A stretch of DNA of 64,000 nucleotides from Eledone cirrhosa (GCA_964016885.1 OZ024741.1:1488001-1552000), one strand, 5' to 3'; counted from the stretch's first letter, positions 1-13,857 are shown. Numbers and translations are program-made. Notes: a model not told the origin generated them from the sequence alone.

Positions 1-3000
1 GCGAACTCCAGGTTGTTTGACGCATGGTTCAAGTAGGAAGATGAGGTCAGCGAACTCCAGGTTGTTTGAAGAATTGTTCAAGTAGAAAGATGTGGTCAGC
101 CAACACCAGGTTGTTTGAAGCATGGTTTAAGCAGAAAGATGTGGTCAGGGAACTCCAGGTTGTTTGAAGCATGGTTCTGGTAGAAAGAAATGCTCAGCGA
201 ACTCCAGGTTGTTTGAAGCATGTTTCAGGTAGAAAGATGTGGTCGGCGAACTCCAGGTTGTTTGAAGAATGGTTCAAGTAGAAAGAGGTTGACAGCCAAC
301 CCAAGGTTGTTTGAAGCATGGAACAAGCAGAAAGATGTGGTCAGCGAAATCCAGGTTGTTTAAAGCATGGTTTAGGTAGAAAGTTGAGGTCAGCGACTCC
401 AGGTTGTTTGAAGCATGGTTAAGAGAGAAAGATGTGGTCAGCGATCTCCAGGTTGTGTGAAGAATGGTTCAAGTAGAAAGATATGGTCAGCGAACTCCAG
501 GTTGTTTGAAGCATGTTTCAGGTAGAAAGATGTTGTTAGGGAACTCCAGGTTGTTTGAAATGAGATTCAAGATGAAAGATGTGGTCAGCGACTCCAGGTT
601 GTTTGAAGCATGGTTCAGATAGAAAGATGTGGTCAGCGAACTCCAATTTGTTTGAAGCATATTTCAGGTAGAAAGATGTGGTCAGGGAACTCCAGGTTGT
701 TTGAAATAAGGTTCAGGAAGAAAGATGTGGTCAGCGATCTACAGGTTGTTTGAAGCATGGTTCAGTGTTGAAAGATGTGGTCAGCGAACTCCAGTTTGTT
801 TGAAGCATGGTTCAAATAGAAAGATGAGGTCAGCGAACTCCATGTTGTTTGACGCATGGTTCAAGTAGAAAGATGTGGTCAGCAAACGCCAGGTTGTTTG
901 AAGCATGATTCAAGCAGAAAGTGTGGTCAGCGAACTCCAGGTTGTTTGAAGCATGGTTCTGGTAGAAGGATATGGTCAGGGAACTCCAGGTTGTTTGAAA
1001 TAAGGTTCAAGAAGAAGATGTGGTCAGCGACTCCAGGTTGTTAGAAGCATGGTACAAGTAGAAAGATGTAGTCAGTGAACTCCAGGTTGTTTGAAGCATG
1101 GTTCAGGTAGAAAGATGTTGTCAGGGAACTCCAGGTTGTTTGAAATAAGATTCAAGATGAAAGATGTGGTCAGCGACTCCATGTTATTTGAAGCATGGTT
1201 CAGGTAGAAAGCTGTGGTGAGTGACTCCCGGTTGTTTGAAGTATGTTTCAGGTAGAAAGATGTGGTCAGCGAGTCCAGGTTGTTTGAAGTATGTTTCAGG
1301 TAGAAAGATGTGGTCAGGAAACCCCAGGTTGTTTGAAATAAGGTTCAGGAAGAAAGATGTGGTCAGCGACTCCAGGTTGTTTGAAACATGGTTCCGGTAT
1401 AAAGATGTGTTCAGCGATCTGCAGATTGTTTGAAGCATGGTTCAGTGTTGAAAGATGAGGTCAGCGAACTCCAGTTTGTTTGAAGCATGGTTCAGGTAGA
1501 AAGATGTGGTCAGCGAATTCCAGGTTGTTTGAAGCAGGGTTCAATTAGTAAGATATGGTCAGCGAACTCCAGGTTGTTTGAAGCATGGTTCACATAGAAA
1601 GATGTGGTCAGCGACTCCAGGTTGTTTGAAGCATGGTTCAAGTAGAAAGATGTGGTCAGCGAACTCCAGGTTGTTTAAAGCATGGTTCAGGTAGAAAGTT
1701 GTGGTCAGCGACTCCAGGTTGTTTGAAGCATGGTTCAAGTAGAAAGATGTGGTCAGTGAACCCCAGGTTGTTTGAAGCATGGTTCTGGTATAAAGATATG
1801 GTCAGGGAACTTCAGGTTGTTTGAAATATGGTTCAAGAAGAAGATGTGGTCAGCGACTCCAGGTTGTTAGAAGCATGGTTCACATAGAAAGACGTGGTCA
1901 GCGAACTCCAATTTGTTTGAAGCATGTTTCAGGTAGAAAGATGTGGTCAGGGAACTCCATGTTGTTTGAAATAAGGTTCAGGAAGAAAGATGTGGTCAGC
2001 GACTACAGGTTGTTTGAAACATGGTTCAGGTAGAAAGATGTGGTCAGCGATCTGCAGGTTGTTTGAAGCATGGTTCAGTGTTGAAAGATGAGGTCAGCGA
2101 ACTCCAGTTTGTTTGAAGCATGGTTCAAGTAGAAAGATGTGGTCAGCGAACTCCAGTTTGTTTAAAGCATGGTTCAAGTAGAAAGATGTGGTCAGCGAAC
2201 TCCAGGTTATTTGAAGAATGGTTCAAGTAGAAAGATGTGGTCACTAAACTCCAGGTTGTTTGAAGCATGGTTCAAGCAGAAAGATGTGGTCAGCGAACTC
2301 CAGGTTGTTTGAAGCATGGTTCTGGTATAAAGATATGGTCAGGGAACTTCAGGTTGTTTGAAATATGGTTCAAGAAGAAGATGTGGTCAGCGACTCCAGG
2401 TTGTTAGAAGCATGGTTCAGGCAGAAAGTTGTGGTCAGCGAATCCAGGTTGTTTGAAGCAAGGTTCAAGTAGAAAGATGTGGTCAGTGAACTCCAGGTTG
2501 TTTGAAGCATGGTTCAAGCAGAAAGATGTGGTCAGCGAACTCCAGGTTGTTTGAAGCATGGTTCTTGCAGAAAGATATGGTCAGGGAACTCCAGGTTGTT
2601 TGAAATAAGATACAATAAGAAGATGTTGTCAGCGACTCCAGGTTGTTAGAAGCATTGTTCAGGTAGAAAGTTGTGGTCAGTGAACTCCAGGTTGTTTGAA
2701 GCATGTTTAAGGTAGAAATATGTGGTCAGCGATCTCCAGGTTGTTTGAAGCATGGTTCAGGTAGAAAGATGTTGTCAGGGAACTCCAGGTTGTTTGAAAT
2801 AAGATTCAAGATGAAAGATGTGGTCAGCGACTCCATGTTATTTGAAGCATGGTTCAGGTAGAAAGCTGTGGTGAGTGACTCCCGGTTGTTTGAAGTATGT
2901 TTCAGGTAGAAAGATGTGGTCAGCGAGTCCAGGTTGTTTGAAGTATGTTTCAGGTAGAAAGATGTGGTCAGGAAACTCCAGGTTGTTTGAAATAAGGTTC

Positions 3001-6000
3001 AGGAAGAAAGATGTGGTCAGCGACTCCAGGTTGTTTGAAACATGGTTCCGGTATAAAGATGTGTTCAGCGATCTGCAGATTGTTTGAAGCATGGTTCAGT
3101 GTTGAAAGATGAGGTCAGCGAACTCCAGTTTGGTTGAAGCATGGTTCAGGTAGAAAGATGTGGTCAGCGAATTCCAGGTTGTTTGAAGCAGGGTTCAATT
3201 AGTAAGATATGGTCAGCGAACTCCAGGTTGTTTGAAGCATGGTTCACATAGAAAGATGTGGTCAGCGACTCCAGGTTGTTTGAAGCATGGTTCAAGTAGA
3301 AAGATGTTGTCAGCGAACTCCAGGTTGTTTAAAGCATGGTTCTGGTATAAAGATATGGTCAGGGAACTTCAGGTTGTTTGAAATATGGTTCAAGAAGAAG
3401 ATGTGGTCAGCGACTCCAGGTTGTTAGAAGCATGGTTCAGGCAGAAAGTTGTGGTCAGCGAATCCAGGTTGTTTGAAGCAAGGTTCAAGTAGAAAGATGT
3501 GGTCAGTGAACTCCAGGTTGTTTGAAGCATGGTTCAAGCAGAAAGATGTGGTCAGCGAACTCCAGGTTGTTTGAAGCATGGTTCTTGCAGAAAGATATGG
3601 TCAGGGAACTCCAGGTTGTTTGAAATAAGATACAAGAAGAAGATGTGGTCAGCGACTCCAGGTTGTTAGAAGCATTGTTCAGGTAGAAAGTTGTGGTCAG
3701 CGAAACCAGGTTGTTTGAAGCATGGTTCAAGTAGAAAGACGTGGTCAGTGAACTCCAGGTTGTTTGAAGCATGTTTAAGGTAGAAATATGTGGTCAGCGA
3801 TCTCCAGGTTGTTTGAAGCATGGTTCAGGTAGAAAGATGTTGTCAGGGAACTCCAGGTTGTTTGAAATAAGATTCAAGATGAAAGATGTGGTCAGCGACT
3901 CCATGTTATTTGAAGCATGGTTCAGGTAGAAAGCTGTGGTGAGTGACTCCCGGTTGTTTGAAGTATGTTTCAGGTAGAAAGATGTGGTCAGCGAGTCCAG
4001 GTTGTTTGAAGTATGTTTCAGGTAGAAAGATGTGGTCAGGAAACTCCAGGTTGTTTGAAATAAGGTTCAGGAAGAAAGATGTGGTCAGCGACTCCAGGTT
4101 GTTTGAAACATGGTTCCGGTAGAAAGATGTGTTCAGCGATCTGCAGATTGTTTGAAGCATGGTTCAGTGTTGAAAGATGAGGTCAGCGAACTCCAGTTTG
4201 TTTGAAGCATGGTTCAGGTAGAAAGATGTGGTCAGCGAATTCCAGGTTGTTTGAAGCAGGGTTCAATTAGTAAGATATGGTCAGCGAACTCCAGGTTGTT
4301 TGAAGCATGGTTCACATAGAAAGATGTGGTCAGCGACTCCAGGTTGTTTGAAGCATGGTTCAAGTAGAAAGATGTGGTCAGCGAACTCCAGGTTGTTTAA
4401 AGCATGGTTCAGGTAGAAAGTTGTGGTCAGCGACTCCAGGTTGTTTGAAGCATGGTTCAAGTAGAAAGATGTGGTCAGTGAACCCCAGGTTGTTTGAAGC
4501 ATGGTTAAGGTAGAAAGATGTGGTCAGCGATCTCCAGGTTGTTTGAAGAATGGTTCAAGTAGAAAGATATGGTCAGCGAACTCAAGGTTGTTTGAAGCAT
4601 GGTTCAGGTCGAAAGATTTTGTCAGGGAACTCCAGGTTGTTTGAAATAAGATTCAAGATGAAAGATGTGGTCAGCGACTCCAGGTTGTTTGAAGCATGGT
4701 TCACATAGAAAGACGTGGTCAGCGAACTCCAATTTGTTTGAAGCATGTTTCAGGTAGAAAGATGTGGTCAGGGAACTCCATGTTGTTTGAAATAAGGTTC
4801 AGGAAGAAAGATGTGGTCAGCGACTACAGGTTGTTTGAAACATGGTTCAGGTAGAAAGATGTGGTCAGCGATCTGCAGGTTGTTTGAAGCATGGTTTAGT
4901 GTTGAAAGATGAGGTCAGCGAACTCCAGTTTGTTTGAAGCATGGTTCAAGTAGAAAGATGTGGTCAGCGAACTCCAGTTTGTTTGAAGCATGGTTCAAGT
5001 AGAAAGATGTGGTCAGCGAACTCCAGGTTATATGAAGAATGGTTCAAGTAGAAAGATGTGGTCACTAAACTCCAGGTTGTTTGAAGCATGGTTCAAGCAG
5101 AAAGATGTGGTCAGCGAACTCCAGGTTGTTTGAAGCATGGTTCTGGTATAAAGATATGGTCAGGGAACTTCAGGTTGTTTGAAATATGGTTCAAGAAGAA
5201 GATGTGGTCAGCGACTCCAGGTTGTTAGAAGCATGGTTCAGGCAGAAAGTTGTGGTCAGCGAATCCAGGTTGTTTGAAGCAAGGTTCAAGTAGAAAGATG
5301 TGGTCAGTGAACTCCAGGTTGTTTGAAGCATGGTTCAAGCAGAAAGATGTGGTCAGCGAACTCCAGGTTGTTTGAAGCATGGTTCTTGCAGAAAGATATG
5401 GTCAGGGAACTCCAGGTTGTTTGAAATAAGATACAAGAAGAAGATGTGGTCAGCGACTCCAGGTTGTTAGAAGCATTGTTCAGGTAGAAAGTTGTGGTCA
5501 GCGAAACCAGGTTGTTTGAAGCATGGTTCAAGTAGAAAGACGTGGTCAGTGAACTCCAGGTTGTTTGAAGCATGTTTAAGGTAGAAATATGTGGTCAGCG
5601 ATCTCCAGATTGTTTGAAGAATGGTTCAAGTAGAAAGATATGGTCAGCGAACTCCAGGTTGGTTGAAGCATGGTTCAGATAGAAAGATGTTGTCAGGGAA
5701 CTCCAGTTTGTTTGAAATAAGGTTCAGGAAGAAAGATGTGGTCACCGAGTCCAGGTTGTTTGAAACATGGTTCAGGTAGAAAGATGTGGTCAGCGATCTG
5801 CAGGTTGTTTGAATCATGGTTCAGTTGAAAGATGTGGTCAGCGAACTCCAGTTTCTTTGAAGCATGGTTCAAGTAGAAAGATGTGGTTAGCGAACTCAAG
5901 GTTGTTTGACGCATGGTTCAAGTAGAAAGATGTGGTTAGCGAACTCCAGGTTGTTTGAAGCATGGTTTAGGTAGAAAGATGTGGTCAGCGACTCCAGGTT

Positions 6001-9000
6001 GATTGAAGCATGGTTCAGGTAGAAATATGTGGTCGGCGAACTCCAGGTCGTTTGAAGCATTGTTCATGTAGAAAGATGTGGTCAGCGACTCCATGTTGTT
6101 TGAAGCATGGTTCAGGAAGAAAGCTGTGGTCAGTGACTCCAGGTTGTTTGAAGCATGTTTCAGGTAGAAAGATGTGGTCAGCGAGTCCAGATTGTTTGAG
6201 GCATGGTTCAGGTAGAAAGATGTGATCAGCGATCTCCAGGTTGTTTGAAGCATGGTTCAGGTTGAATAATGCGGTGAGCGATCTGCAGGTTGTTTGAAAT
6301 AAGTTTCAGGAAGAAAGATGTAGTCAGCGACTCCAGGTTGTTTGAAACATGGTTCGGGTAGAAAGATGTGGTCAGCGAACTCCAGGTTGTTTGAAGCATG
6401 GTTCAATTAGAAAGATATGGTCAGCGAACTCCAGGTTGTTTGAAGCATGGTTCACATAGAAAGATGTGATCAGCGACTCCAGGTTGTTTGAAGCAAGGTT
6501 CAGGTAGAAATATTTGCTCGGCGATCTCCAGGTTGTTTGAAGCAAGGTTCAAGTAGAAATATGTGGTCAGCGAACTCCAGGTTGTTTAAAGCATGGTTCA
6601 GGTAGAAAGTTGTGGTCAGCGACTCCAGGTTGTTTGAAGAATGGTTCAGGTAGAAAGATGTTGTTAGGGAACTCCAGGTTGTTTGAAATAAGATTCAAGA
6701 TGAAAGATGTGGTCAGCGACTCCAGGTTGTTTGAAGCAGGGTTCACATAGAAAGATGTGGTCAGCGAACTCCAATTTGTTTGAAGCATGTTTCAGGTAGA
6801 AAGATGTGGTCAGAGAACTCCAGGTTGTTTGAAATAAGGTTCAGGTAGAAAGATGTGTCAGCGACTCCAGGTTGTTTGAAACATGGTTCAGGTAGAAAGA
6901 TGTGGTCAGCGATCTGCAGGTTGTTTGAAGCATGGTTCAGTGTTGAAAGATGTGGTTAGCGAACTCCAGGTTGTTTGACGCATGGTTCAAGTAGAAAGAT
7001 GTGGTTAGCGAACTCCAGGTTGTTTGAAGCATGGTTTAGGTAGAAAGATGTGGTCAGCGACTCCAGGTTGATTGAAGCATGGTTCAGGTAGAAATATGTG
7101 GTCGGCGAACTCCAGGTCGTTTGAAGCATTGTTCATGTAGAAAGATGTGGTCAGCGACTCCATGTTGTTTGAAGCATGGTTCAGGAAGAAAGCTGTGGTC
7201 AGTGACTCCAGGTTGTTTGAAGCATGTTTCAGGTAGAAAGATGTGGTCAGCGAGTCCAGATTGTTTGAGGCATGGTTCAGGTAGAAAGATGTGATCAGCG
7301 ATCTCCAGGTTGTTTGAAGCATGGTTCAGGTTGAATAATGCGGTGAGCGATCTGCAGGTTGTTTGAAATAAGTTTCAGGAAGAAAGATGTAGTCAGCGAC
7401 TCCAGGTTGTTTGAAACATGGTTCGGGTAGAAAGATGTGGTCAGCGAACTCCAGGTTGTTTGAAGCATGGTTCAATTAGAAAGATATGGTCAGCGAACTC
7501 CAGGTTGTTTGAAGCATGGTTCACATAGAAAGATGTGATCAGCGACTCCAGGTTGTTTGAAGCAAGGTTCAGGTAGAAATATTTGCTCGGCGATCTCCAG
7601 GTTGTTTGAAGCAAGGTTCAAGTAGAAATATGTGGTCAGCGAACTCCAGGTTGTTTAAAGCATGGTTCAGGTAGAAAGTTGTGGTCAGCGACTCCAGGTT
7701 GTTTGAAGAATGGTTCAGGTAGAAAGATGTTGTTAGGGAACTCCAGGTTGTTTGAAATAAGATTCAAGATGAAAGATGTGGTCAGCGACTCCAGGTTGTT
7801 TGAAGCAGGGTTCACATAGAAAGATGCGGTCAGCGAACTCCAATTTGTTTGAAGCATGTTTCAGGTAGAAAGATGTGGTCAGAGAACTCCAGGTTGTTTG
7901 AAATAAGGTTCAGGTAGAAAGATGTGTCAGCGACTCCAGGTTGTTTGAAACATGGTTCAGGTAGAAAGATGTGGTCAGCGATCTGCAGGTTGTTTGAAGC
8001 ATGGTTCAGTGTTGAAAGATGTGGTTAGCGAACTCCAGGTTGTTTGAAGCATGGTTCTGGTAGAAAGATATGGTCAGCGAACTCCAGGTTGTTTGAAGCA
8101 TGGTTCAAGCAGAAAGTGTGGTCAGCGAACTCCAGGTTGTTTGAAGCATGGTTCTGGTAGTAGGATATGGTTAGGGAACTCCAGGTTGTTTGAAATAAGG
8201 TTCCAGAAGAAGATGTGGTCAGCGACTCCAGGTTGTTAGAAGCATGGTTCAGGTAGAAAGATGTGGTCAGCGAATCCAGGTTATTTGAAGTATGGTTCAA
8301 GTAGAAAGATGTGGTCAGTGAACTCCAGGTTGTTTGAAGCATGGTTAAGGTAGAAAGATGTGGTCAGCGGTCTACAGGTTGTTTAAAGAATGGTTCAAGT
8401 AGAAAGAGATGGTCAGCGGTCTCCAGGTTGTTTAAAGAATGGTTCAAGTAGAAAGATGTGGTCAGCGACTCCATGTTGTTTGAAGCATGGTTCAGGAAGA
8501 AAGCTGTGGTGACTGACTCCAGGTTGTTTGAAGTATGTTTCAGGTAGAAAGATGTGGTCAGCGAGTCCGGGTTGTTTGAAGCATGTTTCAGGTAGAAAGA
8601 TGTGGTCAGGGAACTCCGGTTGTTTTAAATAAGGTTCAGGAAGAAAGATGTGGTCAGCGACTCCAGGTTGCTTGAAACATGGTTCAGGTAGAAAGATGTG
8701 GTCAGCGATCTGCAGATTGTTTGAAGCATGGTTCAGTGTTGAAAGATGAGGTCAGTGAACTCCAGTTTGATTGAAGCATGGTTCAATTAGAAAGATGTGG
8801 TCAGCGAACTCCAGGTTGTTTGAAGCATGGTTCAAGCAGAAAGATGTGGTCAGCGAACTCCAGGTTGTTTGAAGCATGGTTCTGGCAGAAAGTTATGGTC
8901 AGGGAACTCCAGGTTGTTTGAAATAAGATACAAGAAGATGTGGACAGCGACTCCAGGTTGTTAGAAGCATTGTTCAGGTAGAAAGTTGTGGTCAGCGAAT

Positions 9001-12000
9001 CCAGGTTGTTTGAAGCATGGTTCAAGTAGAAAGACGTGGTCAGTGAACTCCAGGTTGTTTGAAGCATGGTTAAGGTAGAAATATGTGGTCAGCGATCTCC
9101 AGGTTGTTTGAAGAATGGTTCAAGTAGAAAGATATGGTCAGCGAACTCCAGGTTGGTTGAAGCATGGTTCAGGTAGAAAGATGTGGTCAGCGAGTCCAGG
9201 TTGTTTGAAACATGGTTCAGGTAGAAAGATGTGGTCAGCGATCTGCAGGTTGTTTGAATCATGGTTCAGTTGAAAGATGTGGTCAGCGAACTCCAGTTTC
9301 TTTGAAGCATGGTTCAAGTAGAAAGATGTGGTCAGCGAACTCCAGTTTCTTTGAAGCATGGTTCAAGTAGAAATATGTGGTTAGCGAACTCAAAGTTGTT
9401 TGACGCATGGTTCAAGTAGAAAGATGTGGTTAGCGAACTCCAGGTTGTTTGAAGCATGGTTCAGGTAGAAAGATGTGGTCAGCGACTCCAGGTTGATTGA
9501 AGCATGGTTCAGGTAGAAATATGTGGTCGGCGAACTCCAGGTCGTTTGAAGCATTGTTCAGGTAGAAAGATGTGGTCAGCGACTCGATGTTGTTTGAAGC
9601 ATGGTTCAGGAAGAAAGCTGTGGTCAGTGACTCCAGGTTGTTTGAAGCATGTTTCAGGTAGAAAGATGTGGTCAGCGAGTCCAGATGGTTTGAGGCATGG
9701 TTCAGGTAGAAAGATGTGATCAGCAATCTCCAGGTTGTTTGAAGCATGGTTCAGGTAGAATAATGCGGTGAGCGATCTGCAGGTTGTTTGAAGCATGGTT
9801 CAGGTAGAAATATGTGGTCGGCGAACTCCAGTTTGTTTGAAGCATTGTTCAGGTAGAAAGATATGGTCAGCGAACTCCATGTTGTTTGAAGCATGGTTCA
9901 GGAAGAAAGATATGGTCAGCGACTCCAGGTTGTTTGAAGCATGGTTCAGGTAGAAAGGTGTGGCCAGCGAACTCCAGGTTGTTTGAAGCATGGTTCAGGT
10001 AGAAAGTTGTGGTCAGCGACTCCAGGTTGTTTGAAGAATGGTTCAGGTAGAAAGATGTTGTTAGGGAACTCCAGGTTGTTTGAAATAAGATTCAAGATGA
10101 AAGATGTGGTCAGCGACTCCAGGTTGTTTGAAGCAGGGTTCACATAGAAAGATGTGGTCAGCGAACTCCAATTTGTTTGAAGCATGTTTCAGGTAGAAAG
10201 ATGTGGTCAGAGAACTCCAGGTTGTTTGAAATAAGCTTCAGGTAGAAAGATGTGGTCAGCGACTCCAGGTTGTTTGAAACATGGTTCAGGTAGAATGATG
10301 TGGTCAGCGATCTGCAGGTTGTTTGAAGCATGGTTCAGTGATGAAAGATGTGGTTAGCGAACTCCAGGTTGTTTGAAGCATGGTTCTGGTAGAAAGATAT
10401 GGTCAGCGAACTCCAGCTTGTTTGAAGAATGGTTCAAGTAGAAAGATGTGGTCAGCAAACTCCAGGTTGTTTGAAGCATGGTTCAAGCAGAAAGTGTGGT
10501 CAGCGAACTCCAGGTTGTTTGAAGCATGTTTCTGGTAGAAGGATATGGTTAGGGAACTCCAGGTTGTTTGAAATAATGTTCCAGAAGAAGATGTGGTCAG
10601 CGACTCCAGGTTGTTAGAAGCATGGTTCAGGTAGAAAGATGTGGTCAGCGAATCCAGGTTATTTGAAGTATGGTTCAAGTAGAAAGATGTGGTCAGTGAA
10701 CTCCAGGTTGTTTGAAGCATGGTTAAGGTAGAAAGATGTGGTCAGCGGTCTACAGGTTGTTTAAAGAATGGTTCAAGTAGAAAGATATGGTCAGCGGTCT
10801 CCAGGTTGTTTAAAGAATGGTTGAAGTAGAAAGATATGGTCAGCGACTCCATGTTTTTTGAAGCATGGTTCAGGAAGAAAGCTGTGGTGAGTGACTCCAG
10901 GTTGTTTGAAGCATGTTTCAGGTAGAAAGATGTGGTCAGCGAGTCCGGGTTGTTTGAAGCATGTTTCAGGTAGAAAGATGTGGGCAGGGAACTCCAGGTT
11001 GTTTTAAATAAGGTTCAGGAAGAAAGATGTGGTCAGCGACTCCAGGTTGCTTGAAACATGGTTCAGGTAGAAAGATGTGGTCAGCGATCTGCAGATTGTT
11101 TGAAGCATGGTTCAGTGTTGAAAGATGTGGTCAGCGAACTCCAGGTTGTTTGAAGCATGGTTCTGGTAGAAAGATATGGTCAGCGAACTCCAGATTGTTT
11201 GAAGAATGGTTCAAGTAGAAAGATGTGGTCAGCAAACTCCAGGTTGTTTGAAGCATGGTTCAAGCAGAAAGTGTGGTCAGCGAACTCCAGGTTGTTTGAA
11301 GCATGGTTCTGGTAGAAGGATATGGTTAGGGAACTCCAGGTTGTTTGAAATAAGGTTCCAGAAGAAGATGTGGTCAGCGACACCAGGTTGTTAGAAGCAT
11401 GGTTCAGGTAGAAAGATGTGGTCAGCGAATCCAGGTTATTTGAAGTATGGTTCAAGTAGAAAGATGTGGTCAGTGAACTCCGGGTTGTTTGAAGCATGTT
11501 TCAGGTAGAAAGATGTGGGCAGGGAACTCCAGGTTGTTTTAAATAAGGTTCAGGAAGAAAGATGTGGTCAGCGACTCCAGGTTGCTTGAAACATGGTTCA
11601 GGTAGAAAGATGTGGTCAGCGATCTGCAGATTGTTTGAAGCATGGTTAAGTGTTGAAAGATGAGCTCAGCGAACTCCAGTTTGTTTGAAGCATGGTTCAA
11701 TTAGAAAGATGTGGTCAGCGAAGTCCAGGTTGTTTGAAGAATGGTTCAAGTAGAAAGATGTGGTCAGCAAACTCCAGGTTGTTTGAAGCATGGTTCAAGC
11801 AGAAAGATGTGGTCAGCGAACTCCAGGTTGTTTGAAGCATGGTTCTGGCAGAAAGCTATGGTCAGGGAACTCCAGGTTGTTTGAAATAAGATACAAGAAG
11901 AAGATGTGGTCAGCGACTCCAGGTTGTTAGAAGCATTGTTCAGGTAGAAAGTTGTGGTCAGCGAATCCAGGTTGTTTGAAGCATGGTTCAAGTAGAAAGA

Positions 12001-13255
12001 CGTGGTCAGTGAACTCCAGGTTGTTTGAAGCATGGTTAAGGTAGAAATATGTGGTCAGCGATCTCCAGGTTGTTTGAAGAATGGTTCAAGTAGAAAGATA
12101 TGGTCAACGAACTCCAGGTTGGTTGAAGCATGGTTCAGGTAGAAAGTTGTTGTCAGGGAACTCCAGGTTGTTTGAAATAAGGTTCAGGAAGAAAGATGTG
12201 GTCAGCGAGTCCAGGTTGTTTGAAACATGGTTCAGGTAGAAAGATGTGGTCAGCTATCTGCAGGTTGTTTGAATCATGGTTCAGTTGAAAGATGTGGTCA
12301 GCGAACTCCAGTTTGTTTGAAGCATGGTTCAAGTAGAAAGATGTGGTCAGCGAACTCCAGTTTCTTTGAAGCATGGTTCAAGTAGAAAGATGTGGTTAGC
12401 GAACTCAAGGTTGTTTGACGCATGGTTCAAGTAGAAAGATGTGGTTAGCGAACTCCAGGTTGTTTGAAGCATGGTTCAGGTAGAAAGATGTGGTCAGCGA
12501 CTCCAGGTTGATTGAATCATGGTTCAGGTAGAAATATGTGGTCGGCGAACTCCAGGTCGTTTGAAGCATTGTTCAGGTAGAAAGATGTGGTCAGCGACTC
12601 GATGTTGTTTGAAGCATGGTTCAGGAAGAAAGCTGTGGTCAGTGACTCCAGGTTGTTTGAAGCATGTTTCAGGTAGAAAGATGTGGTCAGCGAGTCCAGA
12701 TTGTTTGAGGCATGGTTCAGGTAGAAAGATGTGATCAGCGATCTCCAGGTTGTTTGAAGCATGGTTCAGGTAGAATAATGCGGTGAGCGAACTGCAGGTT
12801 GTTTGAAGCATGGTTCAAATAGAAAGATGTGGTCAGCGAACTCCAGGTTGTTTGAAGCATGTTTCAGGTATAATGATGTGGTCAGCGACTCCAGGTTGTT
12901 TGAAGCATGGTTCAGGTAGAAATATGTGGTCGGCGAACTCCAGTTTGTTTGAAGCATTGTTCAGGTAGAAAGATATGGTCAGCGAACTCCATGTTGTTTG
13001 AAGCATGGTTCAGGAAGAAAGATATGGTCAGCGACTCCAGCTTGTTTGAAGCATGGTTCAGGTAGAAAGGTGTGGCCAGCGAACTCCAGGTTGTTTGAAG
13101 CATGGTTCAGGTAAAAAGATGTGGTCAGCGAACTCCAGGTTGTTTGAAGCATGGTTCAGGTAAAAAGATGTGGCCAGCGAACTCCAGGTTGTTTGAAGCA
13201 TGGTTCAGGTAGAAAGATGTGGTCAGCGAACTCCAGGTTGTTTGAAGCATGGTTC
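1..13255. repeat. Tandem satellite, 49-bp monomer with 48-bp variants (consensus GCGAACTCCAGGTTGTTTGAAGCATGGTTCAGGTAGAAAGATGTGGTCA), about 270 copies, open at the left edge
   Basis: The monomer is read directly and continuously from position 1 to an abrupt end at ...AAGCATGGTTC (13255). Variant monomers recur in blocks, for example identical translated segments at 5936 and 7005. Confidence 0.98.
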
Positions 13256-13353
13256 CTGATACCAGCCAAGAATGCCTTTCTTCAGTTCGCATCCTTCAAA
13301 GATTCTTGCAATATTTTTCTTCTTCTGTTTTCTGGCTTTGAGCCAAGTTAAAG

Positions 13354-13485
13354 AATAATAATTGTTTCTACTTTAGGCACAAGGCCAGCAATTAACCAGT
13401 GCATTACTGGTACTTTATTTTATCGACCCCGTAAGGATGAAAGGCAAAGTCAACCTCGGCGGGATTTGAACTCAGATCGTAAAAG
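13354..13485 (-). mobile_element. tRNA-derived SINE fragment, 5'-truncated, resembling common octopus SINEs
   Basis: The minus strand has a Pol III B-box match GAGTTCAAATCCC (13461-13473), then GTTGACTTTGCCTTTCATCCTTACGGGGTCGATAAAATAAAGTACCAG, a central domain I recognise from metazoan SINEs, and a (TTA)n-like tail. No A box is visible. Family assignment is from memory, not a search. Confidence 0.8.
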
Positions 13486-13488
13486 TAC

Positions 13489-13790
13489 GTTAGTGCGTGT
13501 GTGTGTTAGTGTCTGTGTGTTAGTGTGTGTGTTAGTGTGTGTGTTAGTGTGTTAGTGTGTGTGTGTGTTAGTGTGTGTGTTAGTGTGTGTTATTTTGGGT
13601 GTGTTAGTGTGCGTTAGTGTGTGAGTGTTAGTGTGTGAGTGTTAGTGTGTGTGTGTTAGTGTGTGTTAGTGTGTGAGTGTTAGTGTGTGAGTTTTAGTGT
13701 GTGTGTGTTAGTGTGTGTGTGTTAGTGTGTGTGTGTTAGTGTGTATCTGTGTTAGCGTGTGTGCAAGTGTATGCGTCTGTGTATATATAT
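13489..13790. repeat. Compound (GT)n/TTA microsatellite (GTGTGTTA-like units)
   Basis: Directly visible irregular TTAGTGTG(TG)n repeats. Confidence 0.95.
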
Positions 13791-13857
13791 ACACAGACAG
13801 ATATATAAAACACAGTATGCTAGAGTTGTGTGTGTTAGTCTATCTATCAATCTATCT

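Noticed and set aside
1-13255. CRISPR array interpretation of the regular 49-bp repeats
   Set aside because: Monomers are contiguous with no unique spacers, there are no cas genes, and the context is eukaryotic.
1-13255. tRNA or Pol III origin of the monomer (TGGTCAGCG ... GGTTCAAG)
   Set aside because: The B-box match is incomplete, the spacing is short and no cloverleaf can be drawn.
856-13351. Many 60-105 aa ORFs, some with LRR-like NNLESL motifs
   Set aside because: They are translations of the satellite. The 49-bp period shifts frame each unit and stops recur.
13489-13790. Degenerate telomeric repeat (TTAGTG resembling TTAGGG)
   Set aside because: There are no TTAGGG units. The spacing follows variable (GT)n, as in a compound microsatellite.
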